Assembly: GCA_965208325.1 (NCBI GenBank)
Contig: OZ242326.1
Location: 224,001-288,000 of the forward strand
DNA from: Candidatus Poribacteria bacterium
GTDB lineage: Bacteria > Poribacteria > WGA-4E > PCPOR2b
Direction of reading: 5' to 3'
Length of the DNA stretch: 64,000 nt
Part shown: positions 28,435-37,923 of the stretch, one piece after another
Layout: every line of letters begins with the position of its first letter
Position numbering within the stretch: position 1 is the first letter of the stretch
Program-made: the position numbers and the translations under genes
The notes under the pieces: model-generated
Told to the model about the DNA's origin: nothing
Database searches by the model: none
What the model saw: the letters and a program-made list of their open reading frames with translations, nothing else

Positions 28435-30096
28435 ATGAGACAGAATTTATTACAAGCGCACCGTGACGCGGTGAATCGGAGCCGGCGAGTCATTGTCAAC
28501 TATGACACCAATTTTGGAGCTCCGTCTGTAATTTGTCCGTTGGCTGGCATGGAAATAGATCGCTTGGTGAAGGGCTACTTCAGCATGATCGATGAAGCCG
28601 GCGTTCAGGTAGACAGCATCTGGTGGTGTTGGCTGGACGGCAATTTCGCAAATTATCCGAGCCAGATTCTACCCGTTTGGGAACTGCCCGGATACCAGAA
28701 GTGGTGGGATGCCGGAATTGACCCGGTGCAGATTTTCGCCGAGGAGACCAAGAAGCGCGATAAAGAAGTTTTCTTCTCTTACCGCCTGAATGGGACCGAT
28801 ATGGCGAGTATTGTACCGTTAAGTAAGCCGTTATTGAAAGAAGCTCACCCCGAATGGTTAATCCCTACTTGGGAGGCGTTTCAAAATCCCGGTTACTGGA
28901 ACTTCACCGTGCCACAAGTGCGCGATTACAAGGTGAGCATCCTACGCGAGGTGGCGGAAAACTACGATTACGACGGTATAGAGATAGACTTTTCTAGGGT
29001 ACCTGTGACACTGCCGCCTGGGCACCAATGGGAAAACCGAGAGTGCTTGACCGAATTTATGCGCGCCGTGCGTGCCATGACGCTCGAAATCGAAAAGAAA
29101 CGGGATCACCCGTTTCTGCTGGCTGCTCGAATTCCGGAGAACCTAGAAGGTTGTCATTTTGACGGAATGGATGTCGAAACTTGGGCGAGCGAAGGCTTGC
29201 TGGATATCTTCGTTTTGGGCAATCGCTCATTCGACGTGGATATCTCCGCTTTTCGTCGAATCACGGCAGGAACTGGGATAAAGCTCTATCCGTGCATGGA
29301 CGATCATCACGCGTCGGACGGTTATCTGCACCCACCAATCTCAGTTTTCCGCGGCGTTTTTGCCAACTGGCGGCATCAAGGTGCGGATGGCATTCAGACG
29401 TTTAACTTTAGCAATTGGACCCCGGTTGGTGCTGCACTTCTCGGTTGGGATGCGATTGACCCCGTGTGGGCGGCGCACCTTCAAGTCTACCGAGAGATGA
29501 CAGTTCTGGAGTCGCTCGAATACAAGGACAAAACGTTTGTTGCCGAGCGGCGTGGGGGAGGACATGGTCCCACAGTAGTGCCTAATCCCGAAGATTGGAC
29601 GACACCGAGGTGGATGTATTTTATCACAAATATGTTCGCTCCGTTGCCAGCCGCTTTGGCGAACGACGGAAAAGCTGACACCTTATTAAAACTCTACGTC
29701 TCCGATAAACTCGCTGATGAAGCCGAACACATTGAGCGAGTTACCATTCGCGTTTTGCTGTCCGATCCGGGGGCGGAACACCTCCCGTCCAGTCAGCGCC
29801 TTGAGGTCGTCACAGTTGCAACCAAAGCGCACACCCTCCAAAACATCCCCCCAGCAGTAGGGATTGGCAACCAGATTGAGTTAAGGCTAAACAACACTCT
29901 CCTGCACCCACCGGTAATTGAAAAAGGCTGGTTGGTCTTTTCAGCACAACCAAATCAATTCGCAGTGGGCAACAACCTCCTTGGATTGCGCGTCACCGAC
30001 CGGGCGCCAGATGCCCAAGGCGAAGTCTTGATTGAGAAGTTGGAAGTCCATGTAAACTACCACAAACCCACAAAGGACAGAAAAAACCGAAAATAA
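28435..30096 (+). CDS. GHL10/DUF187-like TIM-barrel putative glycoside hydrolase with C-terminal beta-domain
   Basis: FFSYRLN, HPEW, WNFTVPQVRDY...EVAENYDYDGIEIDFSR, GADGIQTFN. Confidence 0.65.
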   Translation: MRQNLLQAHRDAVNRSRRVIVNYDTNFGAPSVICPLAGMEIDRLVKGYFSMIDEAGVQVDSIWWCWLDGNFANYPSQILPVWELPGYQKWWDAGIDPVQIFAEETKKRDKEVFFSYRLNGTDMASIVPLSKPLLKEAHPEWLIPTWEAFQNPGYWNFTVPQVRDYKVSILREVAENYDYDGIEIDFSRVPVTLPPGHQWENRECLTEFMRAVRAMTLEIEKKRDHPFLLAARIPENLEGCHFDGMDVETWASEGLLDIFVLGNRSFDVDISAFRRITAGTGIKLYPCMDDHHASDGYLHPPISVFRGVFANWRHQGADGIQTFNFSNWTPVGAALLGWDAIDPVWAAHLQVYREMTVLESLEYKDKTFVAERRGGGHGPTVVPNPEDWTTPRWMYFITNMFAPLPAALANDGKADTLLKLYVSDKLADEAEHIERVTIRVLLSDPGAEHLPSSQRLEVVTVATKAHTLQNIPPAVGIGNQIELRLNNTLLHPPVIEKGWLVFSAQPNQFAVGNNLLGLRVTDRAPDAQGEVLIEKLEVHVNYHKPTKDRKNRK

Positions 30097-30142
30097 CATA
30101 AAGATTTTAGCCATTTACACGATGTTTACACACATTTAAATA

Positions 30143-30450
30143 CCCCCCTGATAAGGCTTACTATTACCCATAAATCTAGAAATTCCCCGAGATCCACGCT
30201 GTGGGAGGAAAATCCTTCTCCCAATTGTCGAGAATCAAGCGACCGAATAGGGAGCGCGATAGTTTTAAATGCCTCTACCGCAGTGAAGACACCTTGTCGG
30301 TGCATTACAATTACCATTCCCCGCCTTACTAAGGAGGATCAACTGACCGATTAGGGAAGGCGATAGTTTTAATAATTCTTATCGGTTGGGTTAAGCGCTG
30401 ATTCTAGCACCGACATTAGGATGTAGGTAATAGTAAGCAGGTTAGGGGGG
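30143..30450. mobile_element. Inverted-repeat-bounded non-coding element (MITE/REPIN-like)
   Basis: CCCCCCT-N6-GCTTACTATTACC (30143-30168) versus GGTAATAGTAAGC-N5-AGGGGGG (30426-30450); contains 34-bp repeat copies at 30232-30265 and 30336-30369. Confidence 0.55.
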
Positions 30451-30526
30451 CTAGGGGGGGTGGCATCCCTTTGTAATCGGATTAATATGTGTAATTTTCG
30501 GTTGCGGCGACTTTAGGAACAAAAAC

Positions 30527-31630
30527 ATGGATCTTACGGATGCGAAACTGCAGTTGGAGGATGAAGGGTATTGCTTACTGGAAAATCAACTCGACCCGCG
30601 CCAAGCTGAACACCTCGACACCCTCGCACGGACCTTAATGGAACCTCGTGACGGGTATATCAGTATGGAGACCTCTCTGAATCACATTCCTGAGTTGGCT
30701 CCACTGTGCATTCATTCCACGCTAGTAGAACTTGCCGAAATGATGCTGGGGAAGGACCTTATACTTGCGAACAATGTGGCGATGAAATGGTGCAAGCCCG
30801 GTGCACCGGAAGGGCCGTTGCATTGGGGCGGACGGTTCAAGGATATTCCCCAACTGACAGAGTTTCAGGTCTTCTGGATGCTCACGGACTTCACCGCCGA
30901 GAACGGCGCTACGCTTGTCGTACCGTTTAGTCATCACACCGGGCGTCCGCCCGCACGCACTGCCTATCCCCAAGAGATTCCACTCGTCGGGACAAAAGGG
31001 TCGGTATTAATCTTTGATGGCAGAATTTGGCATCGCAGCGGCGCCAACACAACGAGCGGCAAACATCGTATGGCTGCCAATATGATGTATCTGCCCGGCA
31101 GCGTCGATCGCGGCGGAGAGTGGCCGCTCGTGGCGCGTGAACGCTATAATGAATTCCCGCCGCAGTTGCAAGCCATGCTCCTGCAATCGGTTGCGTCGTC
31201 GGTCACACCGCCGCCCGCCGCGCACCACCCAAATATTTGGACGATGCTCGATTATCAGGGGGTTAAGCACGCCGCAGGCGGCAAGCTTGCGGTGAACTTA
31301 ACCATTAAATCAGGTTTCGAATTCTCGACCGCAGTACGCTTCCCGCAAGCGTCCGCGTTGGAAGTAAAGCAGACGCAAGATTGCTGGGTGTTTTTAGAGC
31401 GAGCCAGCGCTATTGGCGGTAATTCTAAGGTCGAACTGTACGTAAACGATGTAAAGGTTTCACATTTCACAGTCGCCGTGGGCGAAAATGACGCACAAGT
31501 TCAGACCTTAACGGAGCAAGTGACCTCACGCATAACCGATACAACTGTGCTGTACAACATCACATTCAAGAACGTAGGCGGTCACGACGCGTTTATCCGC
31601 GAACTTAGTATCCGATGGCTGGCGAGCTAG
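30527..31630 (+). CDS. PhyH-family Fe/2OG enzyme with HxG site, fused to a C-terminal beta-sandwich domain
   Basis: LHWGG in place of HxD, WMLTDFTAENGATLVVPFSH, IWHRSGAN....HR; about 130-aa beta-rich tail after a Pro linker. Confidence 0.85.
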   Translation: MDLTDAKLQLEDEGYCLLENQLDPRQAEHLDTLARTLMEPRDGYISMETSLNHIPELAPLCIHSTLVELAEMMLGKDLILANNVAMKWCKPGAPEGPLHWGGRFKDIPQLTEFQVFWMLTDFTAENGATLVVPFSHHTGRPPARTAYPQEIPLVGTKGSVLIFDGRIWHRSGANTTSGKHRMAANMMYLPGSVDRGGEWPLVARERYNEFPPQLQAMLLQSVASSVTPPPAAHHPNIWTMLDYQGVKHAAGGKLAVNLTIKSGFEFSTAVRFPQASALEVKQTQDCWVFLERASAIGGNSKVELYVNDVKVSHFTVAVGENDAQVQTLTEQVTSRITDTTVLYNITFKNVGGHDAFIRELSIRWLAS

Positions 31631-31742
31631 AGCATTATCAGAACCGCTGAATTATTCCATCGCGGGGTGTAACCTCCATGTCCGGACAATCAGGCCTGAA
31701 CCACCTTTTCCACCGATGTAGCGGAGCGGTCCTCTGCCGTAA

Positions 31743-32570
31743 TTACCAAAGACGGGCGCCTTTTATGAGATTGAACGCCCAATTTATGACCCCCTCATCC
31801 GCATGGATGACAAATTCTTGACCTCGACCGGCTGATTGGAAGTACCCTTCTTTCCAAGAATTCTCTGAATGGTGTGAAATTCGCACGTGCTGGAAGATTT
31901 TCGAATCGAGATCCCAGCGACTTCGGTTGGTTTCTCCCTCTTTGGTTAACATCAAACGTTCATCAAACTGGAATGTCCCGCCTCCAGGGGTGTTCGGCAA
32001 AAAGCTTAACATCTCCGTGCAAACATAGATTCGATTATTCGTGGTTCTTCCCCGATAATGAGGTGAAGCATTGGGATGATCTTGTAACCAACTGGGCAGG
32101 TGAGTTTCCTCACCGACTTTAACGATTTCACCTATCTCCATGTAACCGAAAATAGCGTGGAAACCTTTGTTCTCGCCGTCATAGCATAACCGCCCATTAA
32201 ACTCTTTGGTATGCCGAAACCAGCCGAAAAACAGAAAAAGATCGCCTTCAGACACACATTGATTATCTAGATGACTTGCGGGTCTCATGCTTGTCCCAAA
32301 CGAGGGACGCCAACCTTGTTCACGGTGGCGAACGCTAGAAACAAGATCCGGATCCAGATGAGCTCCTTGCCCGACAGTGTTAGCTTTAGGGCAAAGATCG
32401 TTGATAATCTGTTCGAAATTCTTGTCTCCGGGTGCATGAATATTCTTAAACTCCAACTCGTCCGCCCAACTTGGAATCGGTAGATTCAGCATTTTCCCGT
32501 CGGGCAAAATCGGGCTAGCATGGCCTCCACTGCTACTGTCAAATCCTTTTCGGCTAAGAATAATCTTCAC
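31743..32570 (-). CDS. Nucleotide-modification-associated domain 3 (Nmad3)-like protein
   Basis: KIILSRKGFDSSSGG..SPILPDG.MLNLPIP, HLDPDL, GDLFLFFGWF, GRGQEFV; GGAG RBS before GTG at 32570. Confidence 0.75.
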   Translation of the reverse strand: MKIILSRKGFDSSSGGHASPILPDGKMLNLPIPSWADELEFKNIHAPGDKNFEQIINDLCPKANTVGQGAHLDPDLVSSVRHREQGWRPSFGTSMRPASHLDNQCVSEGDLFLFFGWFRHTKEFNGRLCYDGENKGFHAIFGYMEIGEIVKVGEETHLPSWLQDHPNASPHYRGRTTNNRIYVCTEMLSFLPNTPGGGTFQFDERLMLTKEGETNRSRWDLDSKIFQHVRISHHSENSWKEGYFQSAGRGQEFVIHADEGVINWAFNLIKGARLW

Positions 32571-32639
32571 GGTGTAATCTCCATTTGTTTTGGCAATTAG
32601 AAATACGTGAAACTGTTTTTCAAATCTATAAGCCAATTC

Positions 32640-33572
32640 TCATTCATTCTCAAGGTTGTTTTCATCAGTATCCACACCCCCTGATGTTGATGGAGATTCG
32701 TGTTTGTCAATCGTCCGAACTATACCGTCCCCATTCTGCGAAACCGCCAAGTCAACCTTGTTTTTCCCGTCCTTACCTTGAACGCTTACGTGACCGCCTT
32801 GTTCGTTGATACTCAAGGAAACATCACTTTTTCCGTCTTTACCCGCTACGAACGCGAACCCGCCATCTTCATTTATTCCTAACGCAGCTTGACTGTTCTC
32901 GTTTTTTCCCGAGACGCCTATGGCCCCACCATGTTCGATCATCGCCAATCCAGCAAGGCTCTGTCCGTCTTTGCCGCAGACGTTTACAACCCCGCCATCC
33001 TCGCGGGTATTCATGAAAACTCGACTATTCTCATCTTTTCCCTGGGCAACTACACACCCCCCATGTTCATCAATTGATAAGCTTGCGTGGCTATTCTCGT
33101 CATTACCCCGTACGCGCACAGCTCCGCCATTCTCAAGGATCATTAGGACTGCCTGACTTTTCCCGTCATTTCCCTGAACGAGTACACCCCCGCCATCTTC
33201 AAAAATTCCCAACGTAGCAGCACTCTTCCCGCCTTTCCCTTCGGTGGTCACTACACCGCCATCCTCACCAAAAGTTAATGCGACATGACTATTGCGGTCA
33301 TTATCGAAAAGTCTTACCTTTGCGCCATCTTCAAAAATGCCAACATCAATCCTGCAATTTTCGTGTTCATCGAACACCTGCACAATCCCGCCATATTCAG
33401 AACTGCCTAGGACAACTCGAGTTGACCCGTCCGTCGGATTTACGATGGTTAAGTGGGCACATTCAAAATCACCAAGGTCATATCTATTTGACTTCGATAG
33501 AAACATCATCACGGCAGTTCCCCCTAACAACCCACCCAATATTATGAAAATTATGTAGGCGGTACCGTCCAT
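32640..33572 (-). CDS. Membrane-anchored protein with 11 x 22-aa beta repeats
   Basis: N-terminal TM; repeat consensus S.A.L.I.E.GG.V.V.GKDG; GAGGAG RBS. Confidence 0.85.
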   Translation of the reverse strand: MDGTAYIIFIILGGLLGGTAVMMFLSKSNRYDLGDFECAHLTIVNPTDGSTRVVLGSSEYGGIVQVFDEHENCRIDVGIFEDGAKVRLFDNDRNSHVALTFGEDGGVVTTEGKGGKSAATLGIFEDGGGVLVQGNDGKSQAVLMILENGGAVRVRGNDENSHASLSIDEHGGCVVAQGKDENSRVFMNTREDGGVVNVCGKDGQSLAGLAMIEHGGAIGVSGKNENSQAALGINEDGGFAFVAGKDGKSDVSLSINEQGGHVSVQGKDGKNKVDLAVSQNGDGIVRTIDKHESPSTSGGVDTDENNLENE

Positions 33573-33819
33573 ATAAATCTCCTCTCTTTAGTTTGAAGCA
33601 ATCTTGCTTTATAAATCCGATGTCCGCTAATTCGCGTACTCTTACCGGGTGCAACGTCAAAACTTTAACATAGACGAATTCATCAGAATTTGCTCTTGGG
33701 ATTAGTAGGCGGCTCTTACCTTAGTTGGAAAGTCCCGTACGCTTCCCAAAATACCCATCACACGATTCGCTGCGAAATTCCTAAATGGCAGCCGGCAAAT
33801 CTCAGGCTATTCTCAATCA

Positions 33820-34431
33820 TTAAAAATCGGCTTCTTGACATAGAAAGCTATCATTTTCCGTTACGATACGGTCCAGCGGGACATCCCACGCCTGTGGCAG
33901 CGTATCTTCGATAAGCTGTGTCTCGTAGGCGAGACCAATCCGTACTGCCTGCGTACACTGGCGAAGAAACCGGTCGTAATAACCGCCGCCGTATCCGAGG
34001 CGGTGACCCTTGCGATCAAAAGCGGCACCCGGGACGATGATTAGATCAATCTCATCCGGCGGAAAGGCCTTGCAGGAATTCTGGTTTGGCTCGCGCATAC
34101 CGTAAGGGTGGGAAACGAAATCTGTTTGTGGGTTCGAAATACGGTGCGGAGTTAGATTTCGTCGGTGGGTATCCGTCACCGGTGCAAGCGCGGTTTTTTC
34201 GTGCGTGACCAGATAATCAAGCAGTCCATCGGTTTCCACTTCACTCCGCATGTTCAAGTAGATATGAACCGAATTAATTGCATTACCCTCAATCCAATCA
34301 TTTACACGGTTGGTAATCCTCTGGCTTAATTCAGCCCTTAACGCCCGGGGAATACTGTCGCGCCTACGAATCGCTTCCGCGCGAAGACGTTTTCGCAATC
34401 TTCTTTCACCGTAGTCTGGTATTCTCGCCAT
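33820..34431 (-). CDS. ygfA: 5-formyltetrahydrofolate cyclo-ligase
   Basis: SEVET, YGMREP, DLIIVPGAAFDRKGHRLGYGGGYYDRFL, WDVPLD.IVTE. Confidence 0.96.
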   Translation of the reverse strand: MARIPDYGERRLRKRLRAEAIRRRDSIPRALRAELSQRITNRVNDWIEGNAINSVHIYLNMRSEVETDGLLDYLVTHEKTALAPVTDTHRRNLTPHRISNPQTDFVSHPYGMREPNQNSCKAFPPDEIDLIIVPGAAFDRKGHRLGYGGGYYDRFLRQCTQAVRIGLAYETQLIEDTLPQAWDVPLDRIVTENDSFLCQEADF

Positions 34432-34475
34432 TATTTTGAGATTTCAGCCTAACTGTGAACCAAGAATCAAGCGTC

Positions 34476-35825
34476 TCATTCAATCTGGCCAATGTTCTTG
34501 GTGAGTGCGTCGCGGAAGGTTGAGGGTTTCATCTTGAGCAGTTTCGCTGCTTGCGTTTTGTTTCCGTTCGTTTTTTTCATCGCCCACGCGATGAGTTCGC
34601 GCTCGGTAGAACGGATAATTTCATGGAATGAAACCTCGCTCATTGAATCATTCAGATGGATATGGGTTCCGAGTTTCAAATCTATCGGAATTGCGTCGGC
34701 TGTGATTTCCCTTCCGCCGCTAACCGCTACAAGCCGTTCAACCATGTTCTCAAGCTCGCGTACATTGCCCGGCCACGCATAACCCGCCAACAGTTCAACA
34801 GCTTGCTGGGCGATTGGGATAGGTTGATTTGGAGAAAAAAGTTCCACGAAATGATTGATGAGTAGCGCAATGTCCTCGACGCGCTCTCGCAGCGGCGGCA
34901 GAAAGATTGGGACAACATTAAGGCGATAAAACAGGTCCCTTATATACGTCCCGCATTTTACCTTCTCCCGTAGATTCACCGTCGTTGCTGCAATAACCCT
35001 GACATCAACCTCGATTTGCGCCTCGCCGCCAACACGTTCAAACGCACCTATTTCCAGCGCACGCAAGAGTTTAATTTGTAAACTCATCGGGAGCGAATCT
35101 ACATCGTCTAGGAAGAGCGTCCCCTTATGTGCTAATTCAATTCGTCCAACCCTGTGTTCTTCTGTCGGACGCTCACGGCCGAATATCTCAAGCTCCAACA
35201 TCTCGTCCGAAACGCTTGCGCAGTTGACAGACACGAAAGCGTGATGTCCGCGCGGACTGTTGAGATGGATGGATTTTGCCAGAAGTTCTTTCCCTGTGCC
35301 GCTTTCACCAGAGACGAGCACATTGCCGTTTGACTCAGAAATCGTCTCAATCAAGGTAAGAATTTCCTGCATTGACCGGCTTTTTCCGATGATGTTTTGG
35401 TAAAGGCGCCACGGCTCAGGGTGGGACATTTGAGCGTGGGCTTCAAGCCCGCCTTTGTCTATCCCTTCCCGAATCTCCTTTAGTTTATCAAGCATGGCAA
35501 TCAACTCGCCGCTCGAAAACGGCTTCTTGATGTAGTTATATGCCCCCCATTTCATGGCTTCGACAGCGGTTTCCACGCTGGCATAAGCCGTCATGATAAT
35601 CACTGTGACGTGAGGGTGGTCCTTTTTGACGCGCTTGAGAAATTCGATGCCGTGCATCTTCGGCATGCGGAGATCTGTTACGAGAACGTCGAAGTGTTCA
35701 TTCTGGAATAACTGCAACGCAATCGCCGGGGACTCCACCGCAATTGTGTCGTAGTTTTCCTCACGCAAATCGTCTCGCAGCGTGATGCGTTTAATTTTTT
35801 CGTCGTCAACAACCAGTATTTTCAC
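34476..35825 (-). CDS. NtrC-family response regulator (REC-AAA-Fis HTH) lacking GAFTGA
   Basis: ILVVDDE, TDLRMP, GESGTGKE, DLFYRLNV, WPGNVRELEN, GNKTQAAKLL. Confidence 0.93.
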   Translation of the reverse strand: MKILVVDDEKIKRITLRDDLREENYDTIAVESPAIALQLFQNEHFDVLVTDLRMPKMHGIEFLKRVKKDHPHVTVIIMTAYASVETAVEAMKWGAYNYIKKPFSSGELIAMLDKLKEIREGIDKGGLEAHAQMSHPEPWRLYQNIIGKSRSMQEILTLIETISESNGNVLVSGESGTGKELLAKSIHLNSPRGHHAFVSVNCASVSDEMLELEIFGRERPTEEHRVGRIELAHKGTLFLDDVDSLPMSLQIKLLRALEIGAFERVGGEAQIEVDVRVIAATTVNLREKVKCGTYIRDLFYRLNVVPIFLPPLRERVEDIALLINHFVELFSPNQPIPIAQQAVELLAGYAWPGNVRELENMVERLVAVSGGREITADAIPIDLKLGTHIHLNDSMSEVSFHEIIRSTERELIAWAMKKTNGNKTQAAKLLKMKPSTFRDALTKNIGQIE

Positions 35826-37552
35826 CCTTCAACCTCAGCCTGCGGTATGGGTAGTTTTATGGTGAACACAGAACCTTGCCCCTCTTCGCTCTCGAATTCG
35901 ATGACACCGCCATGCTCCCTAACAATTCGATTGGATACAGAAAGCCCTAGCCCTGTGCCTTTTCCCGTAATTTTCGTCGTGTAAAATGGATCCAAAATCC
36001 GATCTCGAACCGAACTCGGAATACCTATTCCGGTATCCGTGACTTGAACGTATGCTACTGCTTCGTCTAGCAACGAATCAAATTCAATAGTACCGGTTTT
36101 GAAGGTCAGCACGCCCCCGTTCGGCATTGCTGCAATAGCGTTTAGTCCTAGATTCAGTGCAACCTGCTCCAGCAAGTGTTTGTCTCCTAGGATGGGCGTA
36201 AGACTCTCTTGAAACTGTCTTTCGATTTGAATGAGCTTTTCTTCCGCACTGTATTCTATCAGCCCAATGGCCTCATTTATCACTTCGTTTAACGACACCG
36301 ACGTGAGGGTTAGTTCATGTTTTCGTGAAAAGTTCAAAAGTTGCCTAACCGTGGATTCAATTCGCCGTATGGCTTCTTCCATAAGATCTAGGTATTCTTG
36401 AATTTGCGCTTCGTTCTTGGGATTGCGTCGAATTCGAAGCGTACAGTTGAGTAACCCGTCGAGCGGATTATTGATTTCATGCGCAACGCCAGCCGCTAAT
36501 TCTCCGATCGCCGCCATCTTTTCGGATTGGATCATCTGTACCTCCATCCGCTTCCGATCCGTTACGTCTCGGCAGACTAACACTGTTCCCAAATAGACGC
36601 CGTTGTCATCGCGAACTGCAGCGTACGTATTTTCGAAGAATTTATCCCTGATTTGGGCGCTCTGTTGTTCAATTACATCGCCTCCTTCAGACAAGTCTTT
36701 TGCAATTTGCGGATGAATGCCGTACGTCTCAGGGGACATGCTGTCGTCACCCTCGAGTCCGAATTGCTCTTTTCTAATCTGCTGTGCTGCCTTGTTGAAA
36801 AGCGACACACGGTTTCCGCTATCAACGAAAACCACTCCCTCCTGCATACACTCAATAATAGACTCAAGTTTATTCCGTTCAAACAGCACCTCGCGCCGCG
36901 CCTCTTCTAGTTCAACCACCTTTTCCTCAAGGCTCTCTTTCAGCTCAAACGTTTCCCCTTCACGCGCCCGTGCTGTATCCATTATTGAGGTCGCCAAGTA
37001 AACGGAAAAAAACAGTGTGCTCGTGAAAACAAAGAACACGCTTGCAATGTAGATTGGATTTCGCCATAGGTCTTCCGGCAAAAAACCTAAATGGTAATGG
37101 TGGATAATACCGTAGTGCTCAAGGAAAATGAGGGAACTCAACAAAAGCGTGTTTAGCGTTGCGAGGATATAGCTGACTTTCTTAGAAAGGAGAATGCTTG
37201 CAATCACCAAGTGAAAGATGAAATAAAATATGAACGGGTTTTCGATACCGCCGCTGAAATGGATGAGCGCAGTTAACGATAGCAAGTCCAAAACGATATG
37301 CGTGCCGGCGTGCCGTGTGATTGATGAGAGCGGCTTCTCAGCAATATGCCTCGGGTATATTTGCGCCTCAAGGTTGTAGAGTACCATCAACCCGGCAATG
37401 AGGAATAGCGGCAGCGAAGGCGCAATTATATTGAATCCCCAGCTTGCGACGCTGACGGTAAGAAAGACTCCCGCGATTGCTATCCAACGGAGTTTGACTA
37501 ACCATCCAATCCGCTGAATTAGTTCAGATTTGAGCGATAATTCCCGAGCCAT
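35822..37552 (-). CDS. Membrane sensor histidine kinase with PAS domain
   Basis: Multi-TM N-terminus, AGVAHEINNPL, DTGIGI, PFYTTK, GTGLGL; 4-nt overlap with the regulator. Confidence 0.95.
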   Translation of the reverse strand: MARELSLKSELIQRIGWLVKLRWIAIAGVFLTVSVASWGFNIIAPSLPLFLIAGLMVLYNLEAQIYPRHIAEKPLSSITRHAGTHIVLDLLSLTALIHFSGGIENPFIFYFIFHLVIASILLSKKVSYILATLNTLLLSSLIFLEHYGIIHHYHLGFLPEDLWRNPIYIASVFFVFTSTLFFSVYLATSIMDTARAREGETFELKESLEEKVVELEEARREVLFERNKLESIIECMQEGVVFVDSGNRVSLFNKAAQQIRKEQFGLEGDDSMSPETYGIHPQIAKDLSEGGDVIEQQSAQIRDKFFENTYAAVRDDNGVYLGTVLVCRDVTDRKRMEVQMIQSEKMAAIGELAAGVAHEINNPLDGLLNCTLRIRRNPKNEAQIQEYLDLMEEAIRRIESTVRQLLNFSRKHELTLTSVSLNEVINEAIGLIEYSAEEKLIQIERQFQESLTPILGDKHLLEQVALNLGLNAIAAMPNGGVLTFKTGTIEFDSLLDEAVAYVQVTDTGIGIPSSVRDRILDPFYTTKITGKGTGLGLSVSNRIVREHGGVIEFESEEGQGSVFTIKLPIPQAEVEG

Positions 37553-37750
37553 AACTGTTCATACCCTAATATTTATCGAATTTAGAAAGTGTTCAGATCC
37601 TGCCGGCAACGGGCGCCGTGGCAGAGAAATAAACTCGCAATCCAAATTGAACGTCTATTAGTACAATCCCGCGTATTGTATTATCTTTGTTGTTGGGTAT
37701 CAATACAAAAACGCATCGGCGTGATTTCTTTGTCCTTGTTGAATTTTGGC

Positions 37751-37780
37751 TTGACATACCTAAAGCTTGTGTCCTATTAT
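37751..37780 (+). promoter_or_regulatory. Sigma70-type promoter upstream of the ClpX-like gene
   Basis: TTGACA-18 nt-TATTAT. Confidence 0.5.
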
Positions 37781-37923
37781 CACTGTGCCCTAAGGTTTCA
37801 CGGCTAAATCTGTGATTGTGGTTATCGCTAGTGCTCCGTTGTTTTACGGTGGACACCAGTGATAGCTTCGAACCCTTGCGTTTCACCCGCTGCGGGACAA
37901 TATGCTGTGAATGGAGAATGACA

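Noticed and set aside
30232..30369. Two 34-bp direct repeats as a mini CRISPR array
   Set aside because: Only two divergent copies, a 70-bp spacer, no palindrome and no cas genes in the window.
34432..34475. 6S RNA, often found upstream of ygfA
   Set aside because: Only 44 bp separate ygfA from the response regulator.
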